Origin: Cirrosporium novae-zelandiae
Lineage: Eukaryota
Reading direction: 5' to 3'
Length of the DNA: 64,000 bases
Assembly: GCA_026023565.1 (NCBI GenBank)
Contig: JAPETS010000006.1
Coordinates: forward strand, 806,001 to 870,000
Every line of letters begins with the position of its first letter. Position 1 is the first letter of the stretch. Below are positions 54,122-64,000 of the stretch, piece by piece. The translations under genes and the position numbers were made by a program. The notes below the pieces were generated by a model, which saw only the letters and a list, made by a program, of their open reading frames with translations, had not been told where the DNA came from and did no database searches.

Positions 54122-56082
54122 ATGGCTACTTCAATGACTGCTACAAGCGCAGGGAATGTTCGTGAATTGCAGGTAGGAGATGTTTTTGACTCCATTAAGG
54201 ATGCCAAAGCCGTCATTCGATCTTGGGCCATTGCAAAAGGCGTATCTTACAAGAGTTTGAAAGATGAAAAACATCGTTGGGTTGTTGTCTGCAGAGACAA
54301 AACCGGCCAATGTCCCTTCCGACTTCGAGTTAGTTATAGTACCAAAGAAGATGTGGCAAAAATCACCATTATCGATCCCCATACTTGCCCTCCCGAGACT
54401 CATATCGGTTGGAAGCCCATTCAGCCTACCAATGGTTTTACCCATGTCACCGAGCGTCCTGAACCCGATCCGAAGAAACCTCGGAGAACTTATCGCAAAC
54501 GCGCTGCAACAGAATTATCTTCAATGATTGAAGCTTTGCCTGCTCCTCTCACTTATCCTTTATCATCTGAAGCTGCTCTTAAAGCACAGTATGTCGGCAG
54601 ATCTCTTAATGAAGTTCCCACCCCGGCAGCCGTAATTGATGTTGCCACTACACGTCGGAATTGTGATTTGATGCTTGAAACTGCTCATGCTCTGGGCATC
54701 TCTTTACGAGCTCATGTGAAAACTCACAAGGTCAGTTTCACATTGGATATTTTTTTTCTCATATATATTGTATCATTATGCTTTATATTTTTCTATTTTT
54801 GTTTTTTATTTTTTTTTTTATTTTTTCCAGAAATTACCTTGGAAATTTCTTAACATTTATGGAAGGGTTGACGCGTAACCTAGAAACGACTAACATCTTG
54901 CAGACAACTGAATTGACGCGTCTACAAGTGGGAGATGATGCCGATGTTAAAATTGTAGTCTCCACGCTTTCCGAAGCCGAAAACCTAATTCCATTTTTAT
55001 CCGAATGTCAGCGTGACGGTAGGAAAACCAATTTGCTTTATGGACTTCCGCTTCCTCCCTCTTCGGTGCTCCGGCTAGGACGCATCGGAAAGCAACTTGG
55101 TCCCGGAAGTATTTCTGTCATGGTTGACCACCATGAACAGTTACATGCCTTGAAAGCCTTTGTTGGCGCGGCAGGCTTCCACGCGCTAGTGTTTGTTAAA
55201 GTTGACACAGGTTACCATCGTGCGGGCATCGAGGCTCGTTCTCAAGAACTCAAGGCTATTCTTCGAGCCTTCCACAAAGACACTGCTCTCCAAAAAAGTG
55301 CCGAGCTGTATGGATTTTACAGCCATGCAGGGCACAGTTACGGTGGGAACATGGAGACTGAAGCTATGAATTACCTCGTGCAAGAACTGATGCGCGCCGA
55401 AGAAGCTGCAACGGCCGCTCAACAAAAATATTTTGCGGATAAGAGATTTATCATATCCGTTGGTGCTACTCCCACAGCTACTTCGTTGCAGAACATCCTA
55501 AACACGGATTCCTATGCGACAGAGCCCCAGATGCTCAAGATGACTATCGAGCGAATCAAACTTTCACATGATATTGAGGTTCATGCTGGTTGTTACCCAT
55601 TGCTTGATATGCAGCAGCTAGCATCAAAAGCCCGGCCGACTTACAACAATCGTTTTGAAACTCTTCTCTCTTATGATGACCTTGCTTTCACCATCCTGGC
55701 TGAAGTTTCCAGTCTTTACACTGATCGTCCTGAAACGGAAGCACTCGTGGCTGCTGGATCTCTTGCGCTTGGCCGCGAGCCATGCAAATCCTATCCCGGG
55801 TGGGGCATTGTAACCAATTGGGGGATGCCGCTTGAAAATAACGGGGAGTCGGGGTGGATGGTAGGCCGGCTAAGTCAAGAACATGCCATCCTGACGAAGT
55901 TCAGGTCGGCCGGGCAAAATGTTCCTGACTTGCAAGTGGGACAGAGGGTGAGAATTATTCCCAACCATGCTTGTATTGCCGGGGCAGGGTTTGGGTGGTA
56001 TCTGGTTGTGGACACAAGCAACCAAGGAGAAAGTGATGGTGACTATATTGTTGATGTTTGGATTCGGTGGCGTGGCTGGTAA
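54122..56082 (+). CDS. DSD1: D-serine dehydratase (fold-III PLP/Zn) with N-terminal MuDR-transposase-like zinc-finger domain
   Basis: Exon 1 54122-54730 ends LRAHVKTHK. Phase-0 intron 54731-54903 (GTCAGT...GACTAAC...CAG). Exon 2 TTELTRLQ, KVDTGYHRAG, YSHAGHSY, SVGATPT, LSQEH, PNHAC. Alternative start at Met135 (54524) is possible. Confidence 0.9.
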
Positions 56083-57069
56083 CACGTCTCAGCGAGACAG
56101 GTGTTTGGGTGGCCGCCATTGGAGTTTAGGTTACGTAGTTACGCCTTACGATGATATTTTGTCCACAGATCCCCCTCATTTGAGTTCACATTTTGATCAT
56201 GTCATAGCTAAGGTCAAGCAATACCCTGATAATATGAATACTACATTACTGCAATAGTGTCGGCAGCAAAGAAATCAAAGAAGATGTTTAACTTATAGAG
56301 GCGTTTATGGAGTATTTATAATTAAAAGGTGGTGGTAATGTAGGTGGAAGCTGATGGGGCTGATAAAGGTATTAGAGCTATTAGAGCTATTAGAGCTATT
56401 GAAATTGCTGACAAGGCAAGACAAGCAGAGCGAAGAGGGAACCTGAGAGCCTGAGGAGTCCAGAAGAGGAAAAGCGTTATGGTCAAACGCCAAGATAAGC
56501 TCATCTATTCATCTCATCCCAATAACTATTTCCAGCTCTAAATCCAACTCGAGGTGGGTTTTGACTGTCTGCAATTGCCACCACCCAAGTTCCATGTCAC
56601 AGCTCATCGCATAATTCTGATTCTGATCTTTCTGGCTGTCCCGCATACATAATAATTACAACATGGCGTCAACATCTTCATTCATGAGATAGGAACAATA
56701 TCTCGAGTACCTCTCAACTTCTCAATATCTCGCAATATCAACTATTTCTCTGACACTACCGGCGTTCTATGAATCTTTTGCTCTGAGACGGTTGAAGCGC
56801 ACAATATCGCTAGGGAAACACCAGAGAAACAGTCATGTTAGTGTTAGATATCAAATCGCGATCATTTCAGTATATAATTCTCTGAGTACAAGGACCAAGG
56901 TACAAGCCTCTGGTTGTATTCTTTGTTAATTCCAATCTACACGTCGCCAACGATTTTTTCTCCTCGTCGTCGTAGCCCATTTAGCATACGCTGCCTAGTC
57001 ACTGGATTCAACAACCCACGACTGGCCCGCCAAAGCTTCAATCATATTTATATAATATCTACAACCACA

Positions 57070-58902
57070 ATGCTCGGTTCAGCTCTATTGCTCAAGGCTC
57101 CTGAAGTCAATCCAATAAATCAGAAAGCACGTTCTATTCCTGCGCTCAATCCTATCAACATATATGGAAGAACTTTTTTGTTTAGTTGGTTGGGATTTTT
57201 CATAGCATTTTGGTCATGGTATTCGTTTCCACCTCTTATCAACGTGACCATCAAGAAGGATTTGCATCTTACCCAAGTGGAAATTGCCAATTCCAATATA
57301 ATTGCCCTGGCTGCAACCCTTCTCGCTCGTCTGGTTACTGGACCTGCATGTGACCGATTTGGTCCTCGTTTGACCTTTGCTGGGTGTTTGTTTGCTGGAT
57401 CAATTCCTACTGTGCTCGCCGGCGCAGTCTATGATGCCAGAGGGCTTCTAGTCCTTCGATTTTTTGTTGGGATTCTTGGTGGTGAGTTTAGCTGTACAAT
57501 CGTGTAGGAGACATGAGCGCTAACACATACCAGCCTCGTTTGTGTAAGCTCACATCTGAACTGATTAATCTCACCCAAATCTAATATAATACAGCCCCTG
57601 TCAGGTGTGGACTACCGCCTTCTTCGATAAAAACGTCGTAGGAACAGCAAATGCTTTTACAGCTGGCCTAGGCAACGCTGGTGGAGGCGTCACTTACTTT
57701 GTGATGCCCGCAGTTTATGACTCCCTCGTCTACACACGTGGTCTCTCTCCACATGTAGCCTGGCGTGTCACATTCATTGTCCCCTTTATCTGCATCATCT
57801 TCGTTGCAACTCTCATGCTCCTCTTGTGTCCGGATACCCCCACTGGTCCCTGGTCTGACCGTAAGGCTGTTACTCAGCAACACCTTGTCGACCATGGCCT
57901 CATCATAAACGACATAGTCGATGGTCCCAGTAATCTCACCACTAAACCCATCCACTCAACCGACACATCCGAACCCCCAGCCATCAACGAAGAGAGGCTC
58001 GAATCTCAACCCGGCACTTCGTCCCCCACAAAAAATCCACCCAGCTTCGCGGCCGGGAAAGCTCGTCTATCCTCACAGGATATGCTTGACACAGTCCGCG
58101 GTGAACTAATCGTGAAGCCGTCCTGGACCGAAGCCTACCACGTCTCCATCTCCCCCCAAACCCTCGCCATCGCATCCTGCTACTTCTGTTCTTTCGGAGC
58201 CGAGCTCGCCATCAATTCGATCCTGGGCGCTTACTATCTCCACAACTTCGAATCCCTCGGTCAAACGGGGACAGGCAATTGGGCAGCCATGTTTGGACTC
58301 TTGAACGTGGTGTTCAGACCGTTGGGCGGAATCATCAGCGATGCGATATACAACTACACGCCGACGAGACTATGGGGAAAGAAATATTGGATGCATTTCA
58401 CGGGTATCATACAAGGGGCCTTTCTACTTGTTATTGGATTGATAAATCCAAAGAAGCAAAGCGAGATGTTTGGGCTTATTGCAGTAAGTAGTTTTTTTTT
58501 TTTTTCAGCGCCTTTACACTCGCTTGAATAAGAAACCTAACTCATTATATGGAACCACATCTAGGGCCTAGCATTCTTCCTCGAAAGCGGTAACGGCGCG
58601 AATTTCAGTTTAGTCCCACACGTACATCCATATGCCAATGGTGAGCTTCCTCTTCCCCTTTCCCTTCCTTTCCCTTTCCCCTTCCCCTCATACTAAACCC
58701 CCCCTCCCTATCCATAGGTATCATATCCGGCATAACCGGCGCAGCCGGAAACCTCGGCGGGATCGTTTTCGCAATCATATTCCGCTACCTAGACAAAGAC
58801 TTTGCAAAAGCGATTTGGATCATTGGTGTTATTACTATTGGGATTAATGTGGGCGTTTGTGGGGTTCGGCCGATTCCGGGGGGGCAGGTTGGGGGACGGT
58901 AG
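57070..58902 (+). CDS. MFS high-affinity nitrate transporter (NRT2/NNP family)
   Basis: [29 protein letters not shown], nitrate signatures AGLGNAGGG and [24 protein letters not shown]. Four introns, including a 10-nt micro-exon at 57534-57543. Confidence 0.95.
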
Positions 58903-59506
58903 GTTTGAGGGGATGGGGGAGGGGGAAATGGGAGTTTGTATGATATGAATTAAGATGGGGTGCACATGTACAGTAATTCGTATCAAAAAAAAAAGAATGA
59001 AAGAAAAACGAGATTTTCTTTCTTTCTTTCTCCCCTTCGGGGTTCTACTGTATGACACATATATATGCACACGTATATCCTAACCCTTTCTTCTGTTTTC
59101 TTCTTCTTTTTCATCGACCAAAAATATCCACCTTACTTACATCTACTAAAAAAAAAAAACCAGATTCGATATTAATACTAAGATCGTGAGTTACTCCGGG
59201 TCGTTAATCATTTATTTTTATTTTTATTTTTCTAGAATTAACTCCTTTTCCTTTTCCCCTATATATATATATATATATAGTAGAGAGAGAGAGGGAGATT
59301 AAATTCATAATTTTGTAGGTGGCTAAGGGTGTGTGTGTGGGGGGATTGAAAGTAATTAACAAACCTAACCTATCTAAATTAATCTCATGAACGATCCCTC
59401 ATTCATCCATCATAATCTTATATACATACGATCGGATCTGTTTTTTTTTCTCTATTGGATAGATAGATAGGTAGATGGGTGGGTGGGTGATTTGGTCGAG
59501 GCGAGG

Positions 59507-59560
59507 AGGAAGAAGAAGGAGAAGGAGAAGGAGAAGAAGAAGAAGAAGAAGAAGAAGAAA
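59507..59560. repeat. (GAA)n/(GAAGGA)n purine microsatellite
   Basis: Read directly. Confidence 0.85.
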
Positions 59561-60837
59561 AGGGAAGATTAGGATTAGAATTAAAATGGATGTGCGTGTG
59601 GTATGGAAACTTGAAAGAAAAAGAAAGGGGAGGGGGGGGTTGATAGGAGGGGGAGTGGTAGCCTTTCTCCTTTTCTCTATATATATACTTGTGAAATAAC
59701 ATAGCCTACCCTACCCTACCTTACCCTACCATATCCAGCATTATATCATGCCCATATTCCAAACCTGGAGGTTCGATCTTCCTTATTAAAAACTCAATCT
59801 ATCTTAGACATGAAGTAGAGGCCAGATATTTAGGGCTCGGACCTCGAGGCGTGGAGAGTCGAGGGGCGAGGGGAGGTTGGCTTAGGGAAGAGGGCTGGTG
59901 TGGTAGTGTGTTAGTATGTTAGTATGATAATATATTAGTATGTCAGTATATTGATATGTTAATGTAATAGTGCTGTACTATATTATATTATACTGTATTA
60001 TTATGCTGTATTGTGTTGTGCTGTATGGTATTTGTATTGTGCTGTGTTGTATTATACTGTATTGTGTTGTGCTATGCTGCGGTGAAGAGAAGCAAAGTAG
60101 GGGAGCGAATAAAATAAAAGAGAAAAGAAAAAAAGAGAAATGAAAAAAAGAAAAATGAAAAAAAGAAAGAGAATAAAAAAAAGGGTGTTGATAATAAAAT
60201 TCGACATCCTTCATTTTTTGTTTGTATGCTATTGTTATTTTTTGCTTGTTATGCTGCTCACTATTAATTCGTTCATTAATTCATTATTCGTTATCAATGT
60301 TGTTTATAGGAAATGCTTATTGTTGTTGTTATTGTCGTTGTCGTTGCTTATGGTTTGTTCGTCATCATCGTATCGTTCTCTCCATTTCTTGTTGTTATTC
60401 TTGTTTCTGCCTTCCACGTTGTGTTGGTTGTTGTCTTATTATGTCATATTGTAACACGTCATGTCACATCACCACCTAATCAATCACAAATCCTGATCAA
60501 ACTCCTCACAAGATTCTAGGAGAAAAGAGAGAGAGAGGCCTTCGTCTCCGAGGGGAGGGGGAGGGGGGTTCTGGATGGTTGATGAGTTGGTGGGTTGTGT
60601 TTGGGAGCTAGGTTTTCAGGAAGTGGAATGTGGGATAGGTGTAGAGATGGGGCAGGTTCGCTGGTTGGCTAGTTATTTGGAGATTCGTTGGTTCATGCTG
60701 CATATCGTCTCGGTTGGCGAGTCCTTGGGCATAAATAGTATGACTGTATGCATGTGTTCTTCGAACCGTTGGACAGCAGTCTGAAGGGGAGGTATGTTGT
60801 AGGGCCGAGAGTTTACTGTTAAGATAAGGCGAGGTGA

Positions 60838-62387
60838 TCATCCACGTCTGGGCCTGTAGGGGGTTGTTAGCTGTTGAGTATGAAGGAGGGTATGAGGGGC
60901 ATACACATACGGTTGTTGATGGGGTGGTGGGTTCTGCTGCCGCTGTTGTGGTGGTGGGAGAGGATACTGCTCTTCGTTCTGCTGTAGGGCCTGACGTATT
61001 GATGGTAGATGTTGGTCTCGGGGTGGTGGTGGTCGGAATTGTGGTGGAGGCCGTTGCTGAGAATGTATTGGGCCTTGTGGTGGTGGTGCCATCTGGCGTC
61101 GCTCGTTAGGATATGGTTTTCTTCCATATACGGTATACAGCTTATGGTATGCATGGACCTATTTGATTAAATTAGCAGATTGGTTTAACAGATTAGATTA
61201 ACAGGCAATCGTTTTATATTTTATTTTTGGGGGAATCATGTTTTGGCCAACTTACACTTTGATCTTGAAGGCTTTTTCTCACTTCCACAAGATAAACTTC
61301 CACTTGTTCTTTACTCCATCCTAGGTACCTCGTAAACGGTGCCATGCAAAACGCTTGCACACCATCCACCAAATTAAGCATGCTACATTTTCCAACGGCA
61401 TTGAGTCTTGGATCTGTCGGCCACGCATTCAATGGTACCATCCTAATCTCCTCGTGTACGTCCACAAACCCTGCCTCTTCGTACCACCGTTTTAGGTGCG
61501 AGGCAATGTTCATGGGACGATTAGAGGCTCGTTGTGCTTCGTCCATAAACCCAATCCACTCACTGTAAACGTGATTTGGAGGGGGAGCTCCATCCTCGTA
61601 ACTAACAGACAATTCGAGCTCGAGGGACTCGAACCATCCACCCGGCTGGAGATATTTCAAAGCTTGTTTCACAACATGTCTGAAATCGCGCAATGATCCC
61701 AGCATCATTGATGTGTGGATGTACGAAAAGTGGTCGGGTGAGAATAGCCAGTCTTCCTCTTCGCAGTCGTCGACGATGAAGTGCACATTTGGTGGAACGG
61801 TGGTTGGTTGGATGGGGGATAGGTCCATGCCGATGACTTCGGTCGAGGGAAACAGATCTGCCATTTCCACACACCATATCCCGGTGCCTGTGCCAATGTC
61901 GAGGATGTGGCGAGGGTTGCTGATGGGGGCTATGTAACAACGGTTCTCGAAGCAAAGTTTGTGGATCTCATATTGCATGTCGAGGCGGTCTTGTTCGGTT
62001 GGGTCATTGGGGAAGATGTAACCTATGGGAAGGGTGTTAGTTGGGTTATTTGGCGAGTATGTGTGTGATGATGAAAGCAGTTCAACATAAAGTTCTCTAA
62101 TGAAAAGACAAATGACGAAAAAAGGATTCTTTTATCAACTGCTATCTGGATTCCCAAGATAACAGTCTTTCCAGCAGAGACATTTAGAGACTGTGTCTAT
62201 AACAAAATTCAATGGGTAGTTGAGTAATACTTCCGGCCCGAAATCTATGATATGTTCTTCCATTCTCAGACACAAAGTCGAAGGCAGCCGAAGGTAGAGA
62301 TACGGTATCGCTCAAGGAACTATCGCTATTTGGAGGTTTAGCATTGGATCCTGTATTCCCGGTGGATTGAATCTGGAAAATCGTCAC
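60838..62387 (-). CDS. LaeA-like/Tam-type class I SAM methyltransferase with Pro/Gln-rich C-terminal tail; 5' end unresolved
   Basis: ENGRTYHRFRAG|SYIFPNDPTEQDRLD, ILDIGTGTGIW, GMDLSPIQP..VPPNVHFIVDD, LQPGGWFE. Last exon VHAYHKLYTVYGRKP continues into a P/Q-rich frame ending at 60838. Confidence 0.9.
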
Positions 62388-63839
62388 AATCTATCAGATG
62401 GGTACCGACTTTGAGCATGTCCAGTTGCTGGTACTGGAAGTGTCCGACTCAGCGGGCTACCAACATCAACAACAATGCACATGACCTAGATTAAAAGATC
62501 GGGTCTACCGTACCTGTTTTCTTCGACCTGGAGTCATGCTTGTGGAAAGTTTGTAACACACGGAGTAATAACAGCCGAAACAAATGAAGAAACAAACAGA
62601 TGTAAATGACAATCAACGTTGTAATTCCAGTCAGCAAAACCAGATAGTCATGCATACATATATAACAATAGAGAAGGGCTCTAGAGAAGTCTAGTGGCCT
62701 AGAAAGACATCAAGGGGTGGAGCAATTAATTGATGTTCAGAAGGAAACTTATGCGCTCCAAAGTTAACTAAAGATCAGTCTTCACGCTGTTTGGATATAT
62801 CCCCGCTAACCAAGGACTCCCCGGTCCTGCAAGAAATCCACAGACCACAACAGGTGTCATCGACTCATGCCTATCATTACTTGTCATGAGAAGTTGATTA
62901 TCAACCGTAATTAAATGTTAATATGTGAAAATCTGACCGATTGTTTGTTATGGAACTAAAGAATTGAGGGAATTCATATACTTTTACATTTCAAGTAAAT
63001 AATGAGAGAATAATGAGAAAAGCAATTGATTATATCCCGACATGATGGTTAGACGTAATTAATACTTAAAGATTAACAACCTAAGGGAGGGGGGTCGTTT
63101 ATCACGTTATGGAGAATTTTCGTTAGGATATCAATGCGTAGCGTTTAACTACCGAGTACGACTTCACACCAAGTAGTACCTCCAACAGCAAGCCAGCAAG
63201 AGGTCCAAACAAACCCCCAATCACCCCCCATAACCAGAAGTCGCTTCATTTTTGGTCCCACCGTTTTGGTTCCGCTGTCATTAAACGCCATATACCGAAG
63301 TAACATGTGGGGGCCAAGAAAGGGCCAAAGAAAGGTCCAGACCTCACCAAGAATATGGCACGTATGATATAATCAAAGCTTCATTTATTTCTTTCTTGAT
63401 GTGATTTTATGTGACAAAGTAATTCTGGTAATAATGAGCCAGCAAACACGACCCATGATGCGATATGATCAGATTTGTTAACTAGGAAATTTGCGGAATC
63501 TACCTTTGCCTGAATTAGAAAAAAATCAGACCTACGACCCACAAAATCATGAGAAGCTTACACTATAGTTTCCTGTCTATCCGTAGTTGCTGGATTGAAT
63601 GTTCAATGAAAATGTTGCTTGGATCTGGCTGGACCACTATCTGGCACTATGAGCAAGCGCTCCCGCCCGAGGTTTTTGGAATTTACAGCGGGTGAGCGGC
63701 TAAATCCAACGATGCCCAACGGAGTATGCAAACCCATCAAACATGATGCTTACATAATGTTTATTGCTTTTGAGCATCATTGACCTCTGTTTATTGCGCC
63801 ATCATTGTGTCTTCTAAACATCACATATCAATAACAATA

Positions 63840-64000
63840 ATGGAACAGACCACCTCAACTACAGATCCAATTCCAGATCCTATGATTCGCCCTAACAAGC
63901 GACGAAAGTTTATGCGCCGTCGTTTCGATGACGATGACGAAACGACAACAGAAACACACCCTAGCCCTCCCCAGCATTCTATATCTCATGGAAATAACGA
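63840..64000 (+). CDS. 5' end of a probable nuclear protein, truncated by window edge (possibly C9orf78/Tls1-like)
   Basis: ATG frame MEQTTSTTDPIPDPMIRPNKRRKFMRRRFDDDD is open to the edge, with a basic NLS-like motif. Family guess is weak. Confidence 0.45.
   Translation, partial: MEQTTSTTDPIPDPMIRPNKRRKFMRRRFDDDDETTTETHPSPPQHSISHGNN

Noticed and set aside
54731..54903. Phe-rich 'TM' ends of ORFs 54122..54853 and 54778..56082
   Set aside because: They are translations of a T-rich intron with clear donor, branch site and acceptor.
59418..60519. Poly-Arg, poly-Ser and hydrophobic ORFs
   Set aside because: Products of microsatellite and low-complexity DNA.
1..64000. tRNA/rRNA genes, telomeric arrays, Starship captain (tyrosine recombinase)
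   Set aside because: No cloverleaf, rRNA-like tract, (TTAGGG)n array or recombinase ORF recognised by eye.

Overview
Intron-containing filamentous ascomycete (Pezizomycotina) genomic DNA. It begins inside a hybrid PKS-NRPS (DH-MT-ER0-KR-ACP-C-A-T-R). An accessory block follows: a DUF6601-like gene and a disrupted TM/alpha-beta-hydrolase-NACHT-ankyrin NLR-like gene. The rest is mostly core genes: secreted ferritin-like protein, ADE2, a methyltransferase pseudogene, YPL162C/STIMATE-like membrane protein, GH16 Crh transglycosylase, CYP52-clan P450, a multi-TM protein, cytosolic tyrosyl-tRNA synthetase, adenylate cyclase, D-serine dehydratase, NRT2 nitrate transporter, a LaeA-like methyltransferase and a truncated ORF at the right edge. 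Three observations stand out. (1) The D-serine dehydratase carries, in one open exon, an N-terminal Mutator-transposase (MuDR/WRKY-GCM1-type) zinc-finger DNA-binding domain plus a basic NLS-like linker, a candidate domesticated transposase-enzyme chimera. (2) The long first intron of ADE2 is closed by an 18-bp perfect stem (about 29 bp with G-U pairs) and has a competing internal arm. (3) A 532-bp MITE with 76-bp TIRs and a 9-bp TSD sits just 3' of the P450. Family assignments come from motif recognition by eye; no database searches were run.
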